A DNA stretch of 64,000 nucleotides from Klebsormidium nitens (Eukaryota; Plantae; Klebsormidiophyceae): positions 116,991 to 180,990 of the forward strand of contig DF237080.1 of the NCBI GenBank assembly GCA_000708835.1, written 5' to 3'. Under the pieces are notes generated by a model that worked only from the letters and a program-made list of their open reading frames with translations, was not told where the DNA came from and made no database searches. Position numbers and translations under genes: made by a program. This document shows, piece after piece, positions 13,141 through 26,206 of this stretch (positions are counted from its first letter, which is position 1; every line of letters starts with the position of its first letter).

Positions 13141-13733
13141 CCCGTTAAATTATTAGGTTGGGGTTTTAACAGGAGTGCCCGGCGCTTCAATATGTTGTCT
13201 CCTGTTGACACAATCTAGAGTCTAGACTCTACAGTAGGTACTGGTAGGTACCAGTACTGGTAACTCTAGTACTGGTACCAGTACATTGATGTGACCATTT
13301 GACCCCAAATTAGGTAACCTATTTGATGATTTTTGATCGCATTGAATTGAAATCCCCCTGAAATCCAGGACCACAAACTCGCTGCATTTGAATTTCAGCT
13401 TGACTTCTGATTGCGGCATTCTAATTTCTCTTTTCAGCTTCGCATTGCTTTGTACGTCCAGATGGCATAGCCGGCTGACTCATGTACCGATAGTGCTTTG
13501 CTAGCTGGTTCTGATCTCCAGACGGCATGGACCATGGTCGCCCTACAATTCTCTGCTCCTTGCACCCATTGCAGCGTTTCCTTCTTGGATGGCCAGCAAT
13601 ATCTGCCGCTTGAGCAAAGTAGAACTGCCGCGCTTTCCTTAGGAGGGTGTTCAATCTGGTTTCTCTACCTCAAGTTTCAATCTGCCTGCACTTCAATAGA
13701 AGCTTGCAGCTGTGGGATAGCCAGTCAAGGTCC

Positions 13734-15979
13734 ATGGGGCCGCACTGTTGCGCCTCGAGCAGGAGTTTTGTTGTCGAGAGACTGGCCTCAAGTGCTCAGG
13801 CGCTCAGTCAAAGTAGCTCTTTAGAGAGCTCGTCAAAAGCTGAGCCAAAATGTCGCCCTTCAGAAAAACCAGCATCATTCAACCTTGCAGAGTCACCTCC
13901 GAAAATGCAGTCACTTCGGAGTAGAGAGACTTTAGCTGGTGGTGCAATGCAGCGCCCAAAGACGAATCATGCTGGTGAAAAATATAGTCAGTCTGAGCGG
14001 CAAGCCACGGACCGGGGCAGTTGCAGAAGGGCGTTCAGCATTGCCTTGCTGATGACGTCGTTGCACTGCTCGCAGGGACGAGCTGCGCTGGGGTGAGACA
14101 TCATTGTGTGAGCTTGGTAGTATGAAGACATTGAAAGGATGCTAGTTGACTTCAGCGTCATGAGAACTGCACAGTGCAAGGTCTCTTGTTAGAAGAAAAA
14201 CAGCTTTGCTTGGCCATGTAAAGACAATGGCCAAGGCAGTAGAGGCTCAACAGAAAGCCGATATGCAGTTACCAGAACGCTTTGAACATGATTACTCCAT
14301 TGGGTAGTGGTGTTCTGATATCCAGGCGCGTGTGATCCTGCGAATGGGCCAAAAAGGGAAGTGGGAAACTGGCACTGGCGGAGCCACTGTTGTTGCTATT
14401 TTGGTGTATCCACTGGCCGGCAGCTCAATCTGCCTCTTCTTCGTAAAGATGCACTATCTCAGGGCCCTCTCTTGTCCTCTGCAGTGCGCCACCTGCGAAA
14501 CAGTTCCGGACAAATATTGACGACGCCAGAGAGGAAGGGGAGAGGAGGCGGGAGGAGAAGGAGCGGGCTGAAGGGCCCATTGTGAAGCTGCCGTCGGGCG
14601 TCAAGTAAGTCCCTGCTTAAAAAATCATTTCGCGCTCTTCAAAACTTCGTTTCTTACCAATACTCAATGATCCGAGAAAGGACGGAGTCTGTTGCAGTGA
14701 TTTGAAGTGGTCTGGACTCTGTTTCCTTGACAGCGTCATGCTTCTGGTGGTCGCATCTGGCTCGACTTGACGTAAGGCCTGAGTTATCACCAAACTTTAT
14801 CCTCTGGCTGGACGTTTGGCCTGCGTTATGACCATACTTTATCTTCAGAGAAGTTGAATCAGGGTCAAGGCTCTATCGGAACAAATCATGCGAATTCATG
14901 TCCTGACATTTGGACTCTCCCCAATTTTTGTTAGAGCAATCTAGCAGAACAAGTGGACTCTTCGTGAGCACTGCCGAATTCCACCTCGAGATCATGAACC
15001 CTGACGTTTCCCCAGCAGCACAGGCTTCGATTCGTATGTCCGCAATCCCCTTTCGCAAACATGCGCCCCAACTGGGTATATGATGTTGCTTGAGTGATGT
15101 CTCGTACCCTCCAGGTATCGTGAGCTGGCTGTTGGAACCGGAGAAGCGTTGCGCCCCGGCGACCTTGTGTCTGTGTACTACACGATCTACCGCCTGAGCG
15201 GGTCAGCAAAGTCTTACATACCCAGCAACAGGTCCCCCCCTTCGAAGCTCAGGCTCACTGACGTGTCCTGCATCTCGCGCGTCTTACCAAGTGTTTCTGC
15301 ATTTGTGGTGTAGATTAAATCTCTGATTGCTCTTGAGACCGAGTCGATGCAAGGTTGAAATTGCTCAAGAAATCTAGGGCGGCTACAACCAACTGAATGG
15401 CCATACTTTGTCCTACTCTGGCTTCTGTTCCTGAGTAGGCTTCTGTTCATTTCTTCACAGGCGCCGTTCAGTCCTTTTCGTTTGCCTGCAATTGTCTTTC
15501 GAAAGCATTCCAGTGGAATTTCAGAGGCATGCCGGACAGTCGAGAGCCCTGCGGAGCTACTCACTGCTTCTTGTTTTTACTGGCGTTCATTGTAGAGGCG
15601 GCCTGATAGAGCATCCAATGACACGAGTCGTCAAACTGAGCCCTTAACTCAAGGTGCTGACACCCTGTGCCAACTTCTCTGCCTGTACAGGTTGTACATT
15701 GATTCTGTGGGTTACGGTAAAGAAGGAAAGGATGACGTGGGGGACGCATTCACATTCGAACTAGGTGCGGGACAAGTGCCTCAGGGCGTAGAGCAAGGCG
15801 TGTTGGGTATGTGCATAGGTGGGAGGCGGCGGATACTTGTCCCTCCAAAATTAGGCTGGATTAATGACGGAGTTTTGCCCAGGCCGACGTCTGGAGCCGC
15901 TGAGAGGAGATTGCTCCGGCACACCAATGAGCCGTTGCTCTTTGAGATTGAGATTGTGAAGACCAAGCATCGGACGTGA
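13734..15979 (+). CDS. Chloroplast thylakoid-lumen FKBP-type peptidyl-prolyl cis-trans isomerase (FKBP16-1-like), ~284 aa
   Basis: Exons 13734-14092, 14485-14604, 15115-15201, 15691-15979 in frame. Ser-rich transit peptide followed by a twin-arginine (Tat) segment SCRRAFSIALL. FKBP motifs KLPSGVKYRELAVGTG, GDLVSVYY, FELGAGQVPQGVEQGVLGMCIGGRRRILVPPKLG, RRLLRHTNEPLLFEIEIVK. Start codon choice is inferred. Confidence 0.9.
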
Positions 15980-16879
15980 GTGACTCCGGCCTACTGTACT
16001 TCCTTCCGTTACGAGTGGTGCCTTGACGAGCATTACGTTGTTCTTGCTGCTCAGAGATAGAAGAAGTCTCGACCGTCTGCTATTCTGCTGTGGTCTGCTC
16101 GAGGTCCGTCCATTGGCCCATCTTTGCCCCTCCCATATGATGCACGCTCCGGGCGCCGACTCGGAGCCTTGGCGGCAGGCTGCCAGAATCACGATGGATT
16201 CCGCAGATGTATTTGATACAATGTATTGCGTCGTAGCAAGTTGCGTGTAAGATCACGCCAGGTCGACCCTTTTGCTACCTGCTTACGATCAAGCCGTTCC
16301 ACGCATGTAAATTAGAAGAAAGCATAGGTTGTGAATACATCAATCACCACGGCATGGTGATTTTGGCGATCAGTCGTCCTTGCATCTGATATTCGGCACA
16401 TAAAAGAGCGCTATGGGATAGCTCTGCATACAGCTGATTATAATCGCAGTGTGAGTCCGCCTCGCATATGACGTGCTTGGCTGGCACAATTCGATCCATT
16501 AATTGCGGCACAATGTTCAACGTTGCATGCATGTGTACATGTGCAATGCAAAACCAGTGCCACGCAGTCATGCACTCATATATAAAGATAACAAGGCATC
16601 TGAATTGCAGTATAAAGCCAGGGCGGCCGCCTGCACAATGATGTAGGTAGTTGCATGCAATGGGCGATATGTACGTGTGACTTTTGATGGACGTACAGAT
16701 CGAATCCTAGACTAGTAGAGAAACCGTCAATTCAATGGTCTTTGTGCACGGTTAGTTTGTGATTCAAATTAGGTAGTGGCCAGGATCGGTTGGCATACTT
16801 CTGACCGTTCTAAATCTGTGGAGGCTTGCACATGCTTCATGTTACCAACAAAAGCTAAGGTTACGTTGTGACGTCTAAA

Positions 16880-18154
16880 TCAAGACTTTCCCTTGAAGCC
16901 AACTGTAGCCCGGGGACTCGATGGTAAACAGTTCTTTGTAGAATCGCTTTTGCTCGGGCACCCCAGCCGATAAAAAACGATTACAAGGCCTAGTATCACA
17001 AGCCATTGCGGCAAATACACAAATAAGAGAACGGACCCGTAATCAATTGGGCGACGAATAGAACGCCCAACTTGCCATCCCCCTCCGGAAAAGCCGCCGG
17101 ACGTAGCTTTAGGACACCGATTCCTATGACCAGTGTCCGGTATTTGGGCACCCCCGGCTGGATAGAGCCCACCGTTTGTTAGCAGGTTGAAGGGATACGT
17201 CCCGTTGCAGATCAGCTTCTCTACCTCATGTATGAGTCTCAACTTCGTGCCCTGGAGGCTCAAAGTCACCAGCGAGGAATAACGAGAAGTATCGACGAAA
17301 AAGTGGGCAGGGGAGAGGGGACCAATAAGGTCGGGGTTGAACGACAAGTCCACGGTTTGCAGGCAAGCTTTACTGCTCAAGGTGCCACTGCCGATGCCGC
17401 CCGAGAGATGATTGAACGAGAGGTTGAGGTACTTGAGCCGTGCGAGAGTAACGAGATTTGGAATTATGCCCGAGAAAGCGTTGGAGGACAGGTCTAGGTG
17501 GATCATTGGACGGGTTAAAGAGTCCTCGAAGAAATACTTGCTCTTATGTGTCCCGTTGTCCGGCACGCTTACGATGCTCCAAGGGTTAGTATTCTCGGGC
17601 ACCTCACAGGGTCGCCATGGCTTGATTAGGGTAGACAGTGGGCCAGAAAGCTTGTGTGAAGAGAGGTTCAAAGATTTCAACCTTCGGAAGAAGAGGATAT
17701 TCAGCTGCGGGCTCAAGGGACCTGACAGCTCGTTTGCAGAGAGGTCTAAATAACGAAGTTTTGAGAGCCTGGAAAGCTCGGGGGGAATGGGACCAGACAG
17801 TCGGTTAGAGGAAAGGTTAAGGTAAACCAGGCTCGTCAAGTTCCCGAGCTTCGGGGGGATCCCGCCCGAGATGTTGGTGCCGGACAGATCCAACACCAGA
17901 AGTCTGCTGAAAGTTGGCACGCCTGGGAACTTGCTGACGTCACTGATACCATCAGCAATGTTGTGTTTAAGGAAGCTGGAGAAGTCTTGCCCAAGGGGCA
18001 CGCCCCGCAGGTTGAGAACGGTAGTAGAACTGAGATTGAAGTTGGCGAATGTAGGGACTTTCTCAAAACCTTCCCCCCCATCAAGCTGTGCGGTTGCTGA
18101 TATTAAACTGGTCAGCACGATAAGGAAGACGGCTGTCGATTGGAATGAGGACAT
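16880..18154 (-). CDS. Intronless leucine-rich-repeat receptor-like protein (signal peptide, plant-type LRRs, TM helix, short tail, no kinase), 424 aa from ATG 18154
   Basis: ORF 16880..18232. Signal peptide MSSFQSTAVFLIVLTSLISATA; LxxLxLSxNxLSGxIP repeats; juxtamembrane Cys pair; TM VLLFVYLPQWLVILGLVIVFY; ~29-aa cytoplasmic tail. Confidence 0.9.
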   Translation of the reverse strand: MSSFQSTAVFLIVLTSLISATAQLDGGEGFEKVPTFANFNLSSTTVLNLRGVPLGQDFSSFLKHNIADGISDVSKFPGVPTFSRLLVLDLSGTNISGGIPPKLGNLTSLVYLNLSSNRLSGPIPPELSRLSKLRYLDLSANELSGPLSPQLNILFFRRLKSLNLSSHKLSGPLSTLIKPWRPCEVPENTNPWSIVSVPDNGTHKSKYFFEDSLTRPMIHLDLSSNAFSGIIPNLVTLARLKYLNLSFNHLSGGIGSGTLSSKACLQTVDLSFNPDLIGPLSPAHFFVDTSRYSSLVTLSLQGTKLRLIHEVEKLICNGTYPFNLLTNGGLYPAGGAQIPDTGHRNRCPKATSGGFSGGGWQVGRSIRRPIDYGSVLLFVYLPQWLVILGLVIVFYRLGCPSKSDSTKNCLPSSPRATVGFKGKS

Positions 18155-20803
18155 CTTAAACCCTCCCAGTGCGCTTGAAACGGATATGAGATGGCGACGC
18201 CAGTTGCACGAGGGGGTTCGGAGAGGGGGCATCCTTCGACTCTCTGCAAGGAAAGCACGATTTCCAGGTCAAATTGGTGAACGTCGGGAAGCATGTGTGC
18301 AGTTCATTGGGCAGATTACAGCGGTTGTTGCTTCATCCAGTGGAAGCCATTTGTGAAGGCGCCAAGAAGAAAATTGAGAGACCCGCACCACTGCACAAGG
18401 ACAAGTTGCTCGAAGCCCCATCAAGCTGAGTAATGCTTTTAAAATTGCTGATGGACTGAGCAGGGTGAGGGCAGGGTGAATGCCAGTATGAATTCTTGTT
18501 GCTGGCTGCCAAAGTTTCATGAGGGCCCACTTCTGCTCACTTGAGTGCTCAAACGCATACACGTTCCTGGACCTAAGATTCTCCAAAGAGGATCTCTGCT
18601 CCTCACAAATGCCCCTAAGAATAGATGTATGAACCTGAAGTGAACGGGCCCACGCCTTGCTTTAACCCTGAACGCACCCAACAGAATACCTGCACTCTTT
18701 AGCAAAGGATGACAGAGGGTCTTAGACATCGTCCATGCTCCTAAAGGGTCCAGCAGAGAGGCAACATTGACACTCTGCACATGCTGAGGTCTTGGCCATG
18801 GGTTTTGAAGTGGCAGGTGCATACGAAGGGGTTTAGTTGTCAAGTGAGGGACTTGGAATTTCAAAATTGAAGAGGGTCACATTCAACGAAAAAATCTAAT
18901 AATGCCAAATTGCATCGTATCGTCTCAAGGCATGCTGAAGCTCTAAGTAGGAGGTCACATGTCTGGAGAACGGGGCTCAAATTTGACAATGTTCGTTCCT
19001 GACATTTTTAAACGGGTTTGCACAGTCAAAAGTAGGTACAGGAGTTTCAGGAGAGGGTTGAAGCTTCAAAGGGGGGTGGAAACTTCAGCACTCCCTCAGC
19101 CCAGCACACAGCGTGCCGCTGAAAGAGGGAGACTCTGCAGTAGGATCGACAACCTTCCCCCCAGTTCAGCGCATAGGCCCCAGCATCTTTGAGAAAATGT
19201 TACAAGAGGAGCTCAGACAGCCTGTACATTGATCACAAAATACTAGGTTTCAGGGTCAATATCAACGGACCACGTATTCAAACTGGGTTGAAGATCCAAG
19301 AGAGGAGGCCAAGAGAGGAGGCCCACAAAGTGGACTAAAGATGATGGAAGGGTTGTTGCTAAGGGCTGCGCACTCAATCAAAGCCAGAAGCAAAGGAGAA
19401 AATTCTTGTGTGAGCTTCTGTGTTTTGATCAATCAGGAGAAGATACAAAACATCGAACCAGATTCTTCTCAAAGTCACCTGGTAGGAAGACACGCAACTT
19501 AGCCAGCCACTCTGTATACATTAGGATTGAAGACTCACTCACCGGATGGGCATAAGCTGACGGTGCTAGAAATCGTCAGCTCTATCTTATTGGATAGCTG
19601 ACTTGTAGCCTGCTCCAAGCGTGGCGCCACTAGATATTCCAGGCCACTGATTTAGAGCAGTTATTGAATATGATGGCCGGTTTGCTGCTCCAAACCCAAA
19701 AGCAAACCGATTCTCGTCAAAGCGCTGATACCAGCATCATCCCATTGCAGTCGCTCCTCTCTTTCTTTACTCAGACTGCATGCGCGCTTTCTTTCAGATC
19801 AGTCCGTATGAATAGCTGCTTTACAGGGAACGTGTCGGGAACGTGTTGTGTAGCTACTGAAAGCTTGAGAGCGGCCAGTTGCCAGAAACCTGCCTTTGCA
19901 CTATGTACAGCCAATGGAGAAAGATAAGTTGAGGGCAGAGCCAAAGCTGTCATGCAAGGTACCTCGCAGCATTACAATCTACATAACGTCGCCAGTTTAC
20001 GAAGAGCATGCATCCGGAGACGCTACGTCACCAGGATGATCCCTGCCCGGCCGCAGCTGTCGACCGTCGATTTGCAGTCCGATCGGCATGATCACCTCTT
20101 CAGGCCTTGCCGACCGTCGATGATCGAGTCTCCTAAATACCTAGCTAATTGGTCGACTCGAGCTAGGAACTAAGCGCGCGCGGAGCAGGGCCTCCACAAC
20201 GCGTAGCCGATCAAATCTGCCCTGAATCTGAAATGGCCGCCACCTTTACTGAGAGGCTCGATCGGCCCTTTTTAGGATCTCTTTATCCGACCCTTTTAGG
20301 GATTGTTGTAGATTGTCATTCTTGAACGAGAAGAAACGTGAAATTGGTAAAAGTCCGAGCTGCCATCATCGAAACCAATGATGACACAATTGCACTGTGG
20401 TATCAAATATTGTGGAGATTGTGTAGTCAACACTTACAAAGCTTCTCAAGAGACCCGTTGTTCACGATTGGCTTTATTAAGCAGGTTTTATGGGGCTCCA
20501 CCAATTTGTGATATGTAGTCGGTAAAACCCACTTAATATTCACCATTTCTAACGGGATATGTTGAGGGCAGTTCTGAGAGCATTGAAGCATTCAGTGTTT
20601 GGTGCAGCTTTGCAGATCTGAACATGGGGAGTTCTCCTTGTGACAAACGGGCGGCCGGCTAGTTTTTCTTGGTGACGACTAGAAGAAGCCTCACATAGGT
20701 AGAAATAATTCGACCTTATGTGTGCAAACGGTGCCTATGCATTTGTACCAAGCGCTTCTAGCGGAGTTGCCGGAAGGTAGACGAGGAATCGTTTAAGAGA
20801 CAC

Positions 20804-23800
20804 TTACTCAAATTCACAATGTCTGAGGATCAACATGATCGGGCGACAGTGCTCTTCATCAAATCCAGGCCACTCTGCGCACTCTCCTCCTCTCAAGCGT
20901 TCAATCTTCCTGTCCAAGTCCTTATCAAAGCTCTCGCTCAACTCTGCACGAAGACCTACTCGAGTAGCTATGTCAACGAATTTGTCTAACGTCCCCCCTC
21001 GTCGCGGATTGAACAGCAAAGCAATGGGCTCGTTCGGCTCCAGCCCGTCGTCTTTCATGTCATCTGTCCGGAAAGTAGACAGGCTCTTCTCATTTACTTC
21101 GAAGGTGGGATTCAATGCATGGTACGCATTGATGTCCTCGCTCCTGACCTGCTCTTCGGGCGTTTTTGCCTCACCTATCTCGCACGTGACCTCTGATCTG
21201 TTCCCAGCCGTTGTTCTAGAACCGTCGCTCTCTTCCCATAGCCGCCACTTCGCACTTTCCCCCTCGGACTGCGATGCTCTAGTCGCCTTCAGTCCGTCTG
21301 ATTGCAACAATGAATCCTCTCTGGCCTCACTCATTGACGAAGCCACCAAATCTCGTGCAAGTCCGGCGTCTGCTACAAGAATGCTGGCATAAGAGGTCGA
21401 AGGAACCGGTTTCGGCTCAACCGGGTCCTCAGCCCCGTCCGTTGACGTCCGAGACGTGCCCGGGGCAGATGCATGGTTGAGAAGCAACTTGATGGTGCCC
21501 GCCAATTGGGCATGGAAGTCCTTGAAGAACGTGCTGCAGACGTTTTGAAGAAAAGCAGCATTAGCCAGCACAGAAGTGCAGCCAGGGTTCTACCAACGCC
21601 CGACTTGAAATCGAAACGAAAATGCAGTTGAAAAAACGCACTTTTTGGGGGTTCTACAAGCGCTCGACGCATGCTGCAGACATGCTGCAGGGAATCAGAG
21701 ATGGCAAGCACGGAAGTGCAGCCAGGGTTCTACAAGCGCCCGAAACAAAATCCGAAAGCGAAAGCACTCTTGCGAAAGCGCAGCTTTTGGAGGTTCTACA
21801 AGAGAACGACACGTGCTCCAGACGTGTGAAGCAAAGCAGAGTTAGCCAGCACGGAAGCACAGCAAGGGTTCTACCAACCCCGGACACGAGATCGAAACGA
21901 AAAAGCACTTCAGGAAGCGCAGCTTTTTGGGGCTTTACAACTGATCGACAAGTGCTCCAGACGTGTTGCAGGAGGACAGAGTTGAGCGAGCACGGAAATG
22001 CAGCAAGGGTTCTACAAGCGCCCGAATCGAAATCGAAACGGGAAAACGGTTGCAAGAGCGCGGCATTAAGGAGAAAACAAGCGCTCGACAGGGAATCACA
22101 AAGAAGCATCACTGCAGGCCTTGAAGCGAAAGCCGGGCAGCAGAGTTGGATCCTCTCCAAAGGGAACAAGGCAAAACGGAAACGCAAGGCCAAGCTGGTG
22201 CGCTCCCGATAAAGGTCGCCAACAGATTGGATGGTTGATTGGCGCTCATGATGGCCGCAGACGGGTTGCAGAGACAGCCAGTCATGAATCCTGGGATACG
22301 GATCTGCTCAAAGTGGTCATAGCCTGCCGAGCTATTGCCTCGTTTGGTCGACAAGCAAAGGCTCGACTTCGGCCGAACCTGGAACCTCCCATGCGCTTCT
22401 CCGAGGCGGTGTGTAGTCTCGCTTTCAAGCAGGGTAAGGATCTAGATCAACACTAACACCTACAATCAGCTGCCATTCTGGCCTGATCTCCCACAGCCTT
22501 TACAGTCGACAGCCGAATCTGGAGCCTTCAATACAAGCTTTGCTCTGACGGCCGTGCCTTTGGTCGCTCTTGTGGTCCAACTCAGACGCACGGAGTATGC
22601 TGCCCCGTATCCCTCTTCCTTCTTTTTGGCTCTTGGTTTGCCTCCATGAGAGAGGATTGATTGTGTCATCGAAGCATAGCTTTGCACCCGTCCAAAGAAA
22701 TCTGCGTTATCCTCATTCGCCCCAGGCTCACTCTTGCTCGGCCCTATACTTACCGGACTGAGTCGCACCCACGCAAGGGTACTGCCGACGCAAGAGGAAC
22801 ATGTGGTGACATCAGCCCTCACCAGTCTGCAGCGATGATGACGTCAAACGGCCCGCCCGCAGCCCGTGCGGAAGCGTCATCGCCCCACGTCAACGGTTCC
22901 GCGCGAACAGCCGTCTCGCCAAACAGGTGCGCATTGATCCGGATGTTGTGTTGGATCGCTGCAAAAAGGAGGGACAGTGGTTGACGGTCCAAACCAAACG
23001 TACTATCCCCGACTGCACATGGCCCGGTAATCAATACATTCACAAGTTAGTCGGAGTTTGCGATATTAGTTGCTTGTTGCCAGCAGTCAAAAAATCTGGC
23101 CTTATCCTAACCAGGAGTAGAGAGGTTAATTCTGATATTGACAAAAAGTTGCTTAGCAGACGCGACATTGTCGACCCACGAAGTTGCTCGCTGCGACCGA
23201 GTGTCGTGCAGTATATTTACCAGGCATGAAGTTTTTTGTTTCCCGTGTGATTCGGGGGGGCACCTGACAACATAAAATACCCTCCAAAGGCCAGCCTCTC
23301 ATGTCCGGTACCATTGTATGCGTGTGCACGCCTGCTCCAAACGATTTGCGCACAAGTTTTGAAGGTGATATACTCGACATCAATACTCATACTGTCCCGA
23401 ATACAGAACCACATAGGGGCCCTAAGATTTCCAGCCAGGTACCTATGCTCAACGATACATATCGACTCAGCAGAAGATGGTACATCTCACCATTCACAAC
23501 CTGGGGGTTCCCGTCCGTAATCACCACCTCGCCCGCTTCGGTGCACGCAGCCACGGCCAGCCCCGCGAGCCCGTACCCCGCGCCCAGCTCGAGTACCCGA
23601 CGGCCCCTGCAAACGCCGGTACATTTTGCGGGGCTTCATGTTGGCTCTTGGGGTAGTCAAGATTGGTTTTTGGGGTAGTCACTACAGGTCAATGGGCGCA
23701 GCTTCGCTTGACGTGCGAGTGCAACATTCGTAACTTGACTAACCAGGGCACCTGCTCGACAATGAGCAGAATCCGAAGGAGTGAAGGATGTCCGACATAT

Positions 23801-26206
23801 GAGGACCAAGTTCAAAGGAGGAGGAGCTTTGAGAGGGGTTGACAAGAGTCGTCGGCTGTTCTGGAGTCGATGAACTGGACACACGATACATGGAAACGCA
23901 ACGAAGGATGGTGGTCAGCTGGCTCTCATTGATAGTCCCGCCGTCCTCTGGAGAATCAAAAGCGATTGGATTCTGAGCAATCGCCTATGTCGGTCCAGAA
24001 GTAACCGCAGGCAGAAGAGTAGCAACAGGTTCGGGAAGACACGCTTTCAGAAGGATGGCAGCAAACGGAAGGCGGATGTCTCTCAGCATGGATGGACATA
24101 GCACTTTTGGCTGCTGTTACGAAGCACACGCAGCAGCAGGTGAGCGGGCATCTGGAGACCGAAGGTCTGTAGGCTTAATCCAAAGGCCATAACAATCGCT
24201 TTTACCGGCTACTCTGCGAGCTTGCGGGATCGGTCATGAGAAAGCATACGCGTGCCGCTGCCATGAGGACAGATCATCCAAAGCTGATCCGTATCAGCCG
24301 TAGTGGAAGCGAGGCACACTGTTGGCATTCTTCTGACACAGGTATGATTAAGTTTTGCACAAACTGTAGCTCCCGGAAATTTGGCTTTTCCTGCGCTGAT
24401 AGACTCTAACGATTCCCTCCCCCTGTTGTGAGAAACAGAGAAGCCAGAAGAGAAAGACTCACTGGAAGAGTTCAGGGTGCTGGGAGCAATAGTGCGTCAA
24501 TACTTCCTCGGCAGGCCAAAGACCTGTCAAGGAGAATGAAGAAAGGCAGACTTAAGCGCTCCGAGAAAGCTGCTTCGAAACTAGGTGCAAAGCTTTGAAC
24601 CTCTTGCTGACTGTTGCTGAGGGAGATTTGCAATAAGGCAGTTTCACCGGTCAACACAAGTTGCAGAATGTCCCAAGTGACCCAAAAGGGGATGCGATCT
24701 GCTCTTACACAGAAACCGCAAGACGCATGAAACATTCAGTCCGAGTTCAAGGACAAGGCTCTAAGGACCCTGCTCAATTAGAAGGGAATTTCATGCAAAA
24801 ACAATCCCGTGTCTCCAAAACTTTGATACCCTTAAGGTCAAGCAGATTTCATGCACGCGTTTTCATTCAGAGAATGTAGTACCTGACTAGCAGCACCAAT
24901 CTAAGAGCGTTGTCACTCGTTGTCAAACATGCCAGCCAAACTCCATCTTGAAGAGCGAACATGCCGCCAGAATCTCCTAAACTCCAAATCGAACGCTCTT
25001 CAAGGATCAACGAAAGCTCAGAGCGTTCAGCTACGGCGTATCATTTTGAATGTCATTCAGATTGTGCAGTCAGACTTGTAATTAGCTGAGCGGGAAAGGG
25101 GACTCAACCTCAGAAGTTAAAACCGAATCTGCTAGCCCGTTCTTTCAACTCATTATGCTCGATTACAAGTATAACCACGCATGCTCGCTTACAATATGAC
25201 AAGAAGACTCCAAGCAATATCACCTGGTAAGAAGTGAGCTTCCCACAAACGCAATGCAAATTGAGGGAACTTTGGCTCCTTGCTCTAATACTTACAAACG
25301 ATGCCAGTGCTGTCAACTCCGCACGCCTGGGAAAGCCTGTGGTCGGCTAACGATATGCATCCTGCTCTTCGTTGCCTACACAGAAGCACGAACCAGCTTG
25401 GGATCAGTTGGACAGGAGGCAGAAGTTGCTTCCTTTCCCTTCTCCTGTCCCCTCTCTTCCTACCTTGCACTATCTGGAGATAGACACTGCTTCTTGACGT
25501 GGACTCTTTGCAAGCGCTCCTTCTTTTCCTTCTCCTTTCAAGACTTCCCGGTACGGCTTTGCACACTTGGCCTGAGTGAATCATGGGGCAAAGAGGGGCA
25601 CCAGACAGTCCCTTTAAACTGATGACGCAGATTGTCGGCTTCTCTGATTCAAGTCAAACCTCAAGTTACACACTCTTGACCTATCGCTTACTTACAAGCC
25701 CCCTGGACGGTACAAGGAGCTGCTTCAACAATATCCAAGGATGCTGCAGGACGCCACAATATGATTACATAAAACGTGTCTTCCATGAACCTGGACAGCA
25801 GAAAAGAATGCCAATCTCTCTCATTGGTCAAACTGGAATGGATCCAAATTGTTTCTGAATCAACTTGACACACCGTGCACTGCACCACAAATGTCCGCTT
25901 CAAAGTAAGAAGCTAATGAGTGTCTCACCTCAAAATAATCTCCACCGTCTGGCCACCTGGCTTGACCACCTCGTAAGACACGTGTTGATGCAAGGGGTCC
26001 GTTGCAAGCAACGCTTCACCAGGTCTCCCAGACTGATCTGTGACAGATGCTCGCTGAATTGCTGTGGACTTTACAAAACCAAAGCTCCCTGCAGCAACTC
26101 TGGATATTGAGTGCTGAATCTCATTGTTCTCGGGACTGGCCGTGCCACTTCGCTTGCCCGTGCAGGCCTTGGCGAGAAGGCGCCACCTCTCCTTGGCGGC
26201 CGCCAT
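20804..26206 (-). CDS. CAMKMT: Calmodulin-lysine N-methyltransferase (seven-beta-strand lysine methyltransferase), ~466 aa with a ~150-aa insertion
   Basis: Exons 26206-25929, 25375-25296, 24523-24463, 23606-23491, 22958-22823, 21533-20804 (1401 nt, in frame). Motifs: RWRLL; VDSTGIVCLWPAEEVLTHYC; SAM-binding VLELGAGYGLAGL; VITDGNPQVV; FDVIIAADCTFFKDFH; LLFNPRRGGTLDKF; WPGFDEEHCRP. Confidence 0.92.
21531..22070. repeat. Tandem array of ~4 degenerate ~140-bp units at the 3' end of the last CaM-KMT intron
   Basis: Units start at ~21531, 21671, 21812, 21952. Each has tgct(g/c)cagac...gcacggaa...agggttctac(c/a)a..cc.ga...aatcgaaacg...gctttt. The first unit contains the real acceptor at 21534-21535. 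Confidence 0.9.

Noticed and set aside
21531-22070. Possible CRISPR-like array
   Set aside because: Units are degenerate along their whole length with no unique spacers, there are no cas genes, and the context is eukaryotic.
21622-22212. Long ORFs on both strands (196 aa +, 179 aa -)
   Set aside because: Produced by the 140-bp tandem array inside a CaM-KMT intron; repetitive translation with no domain.
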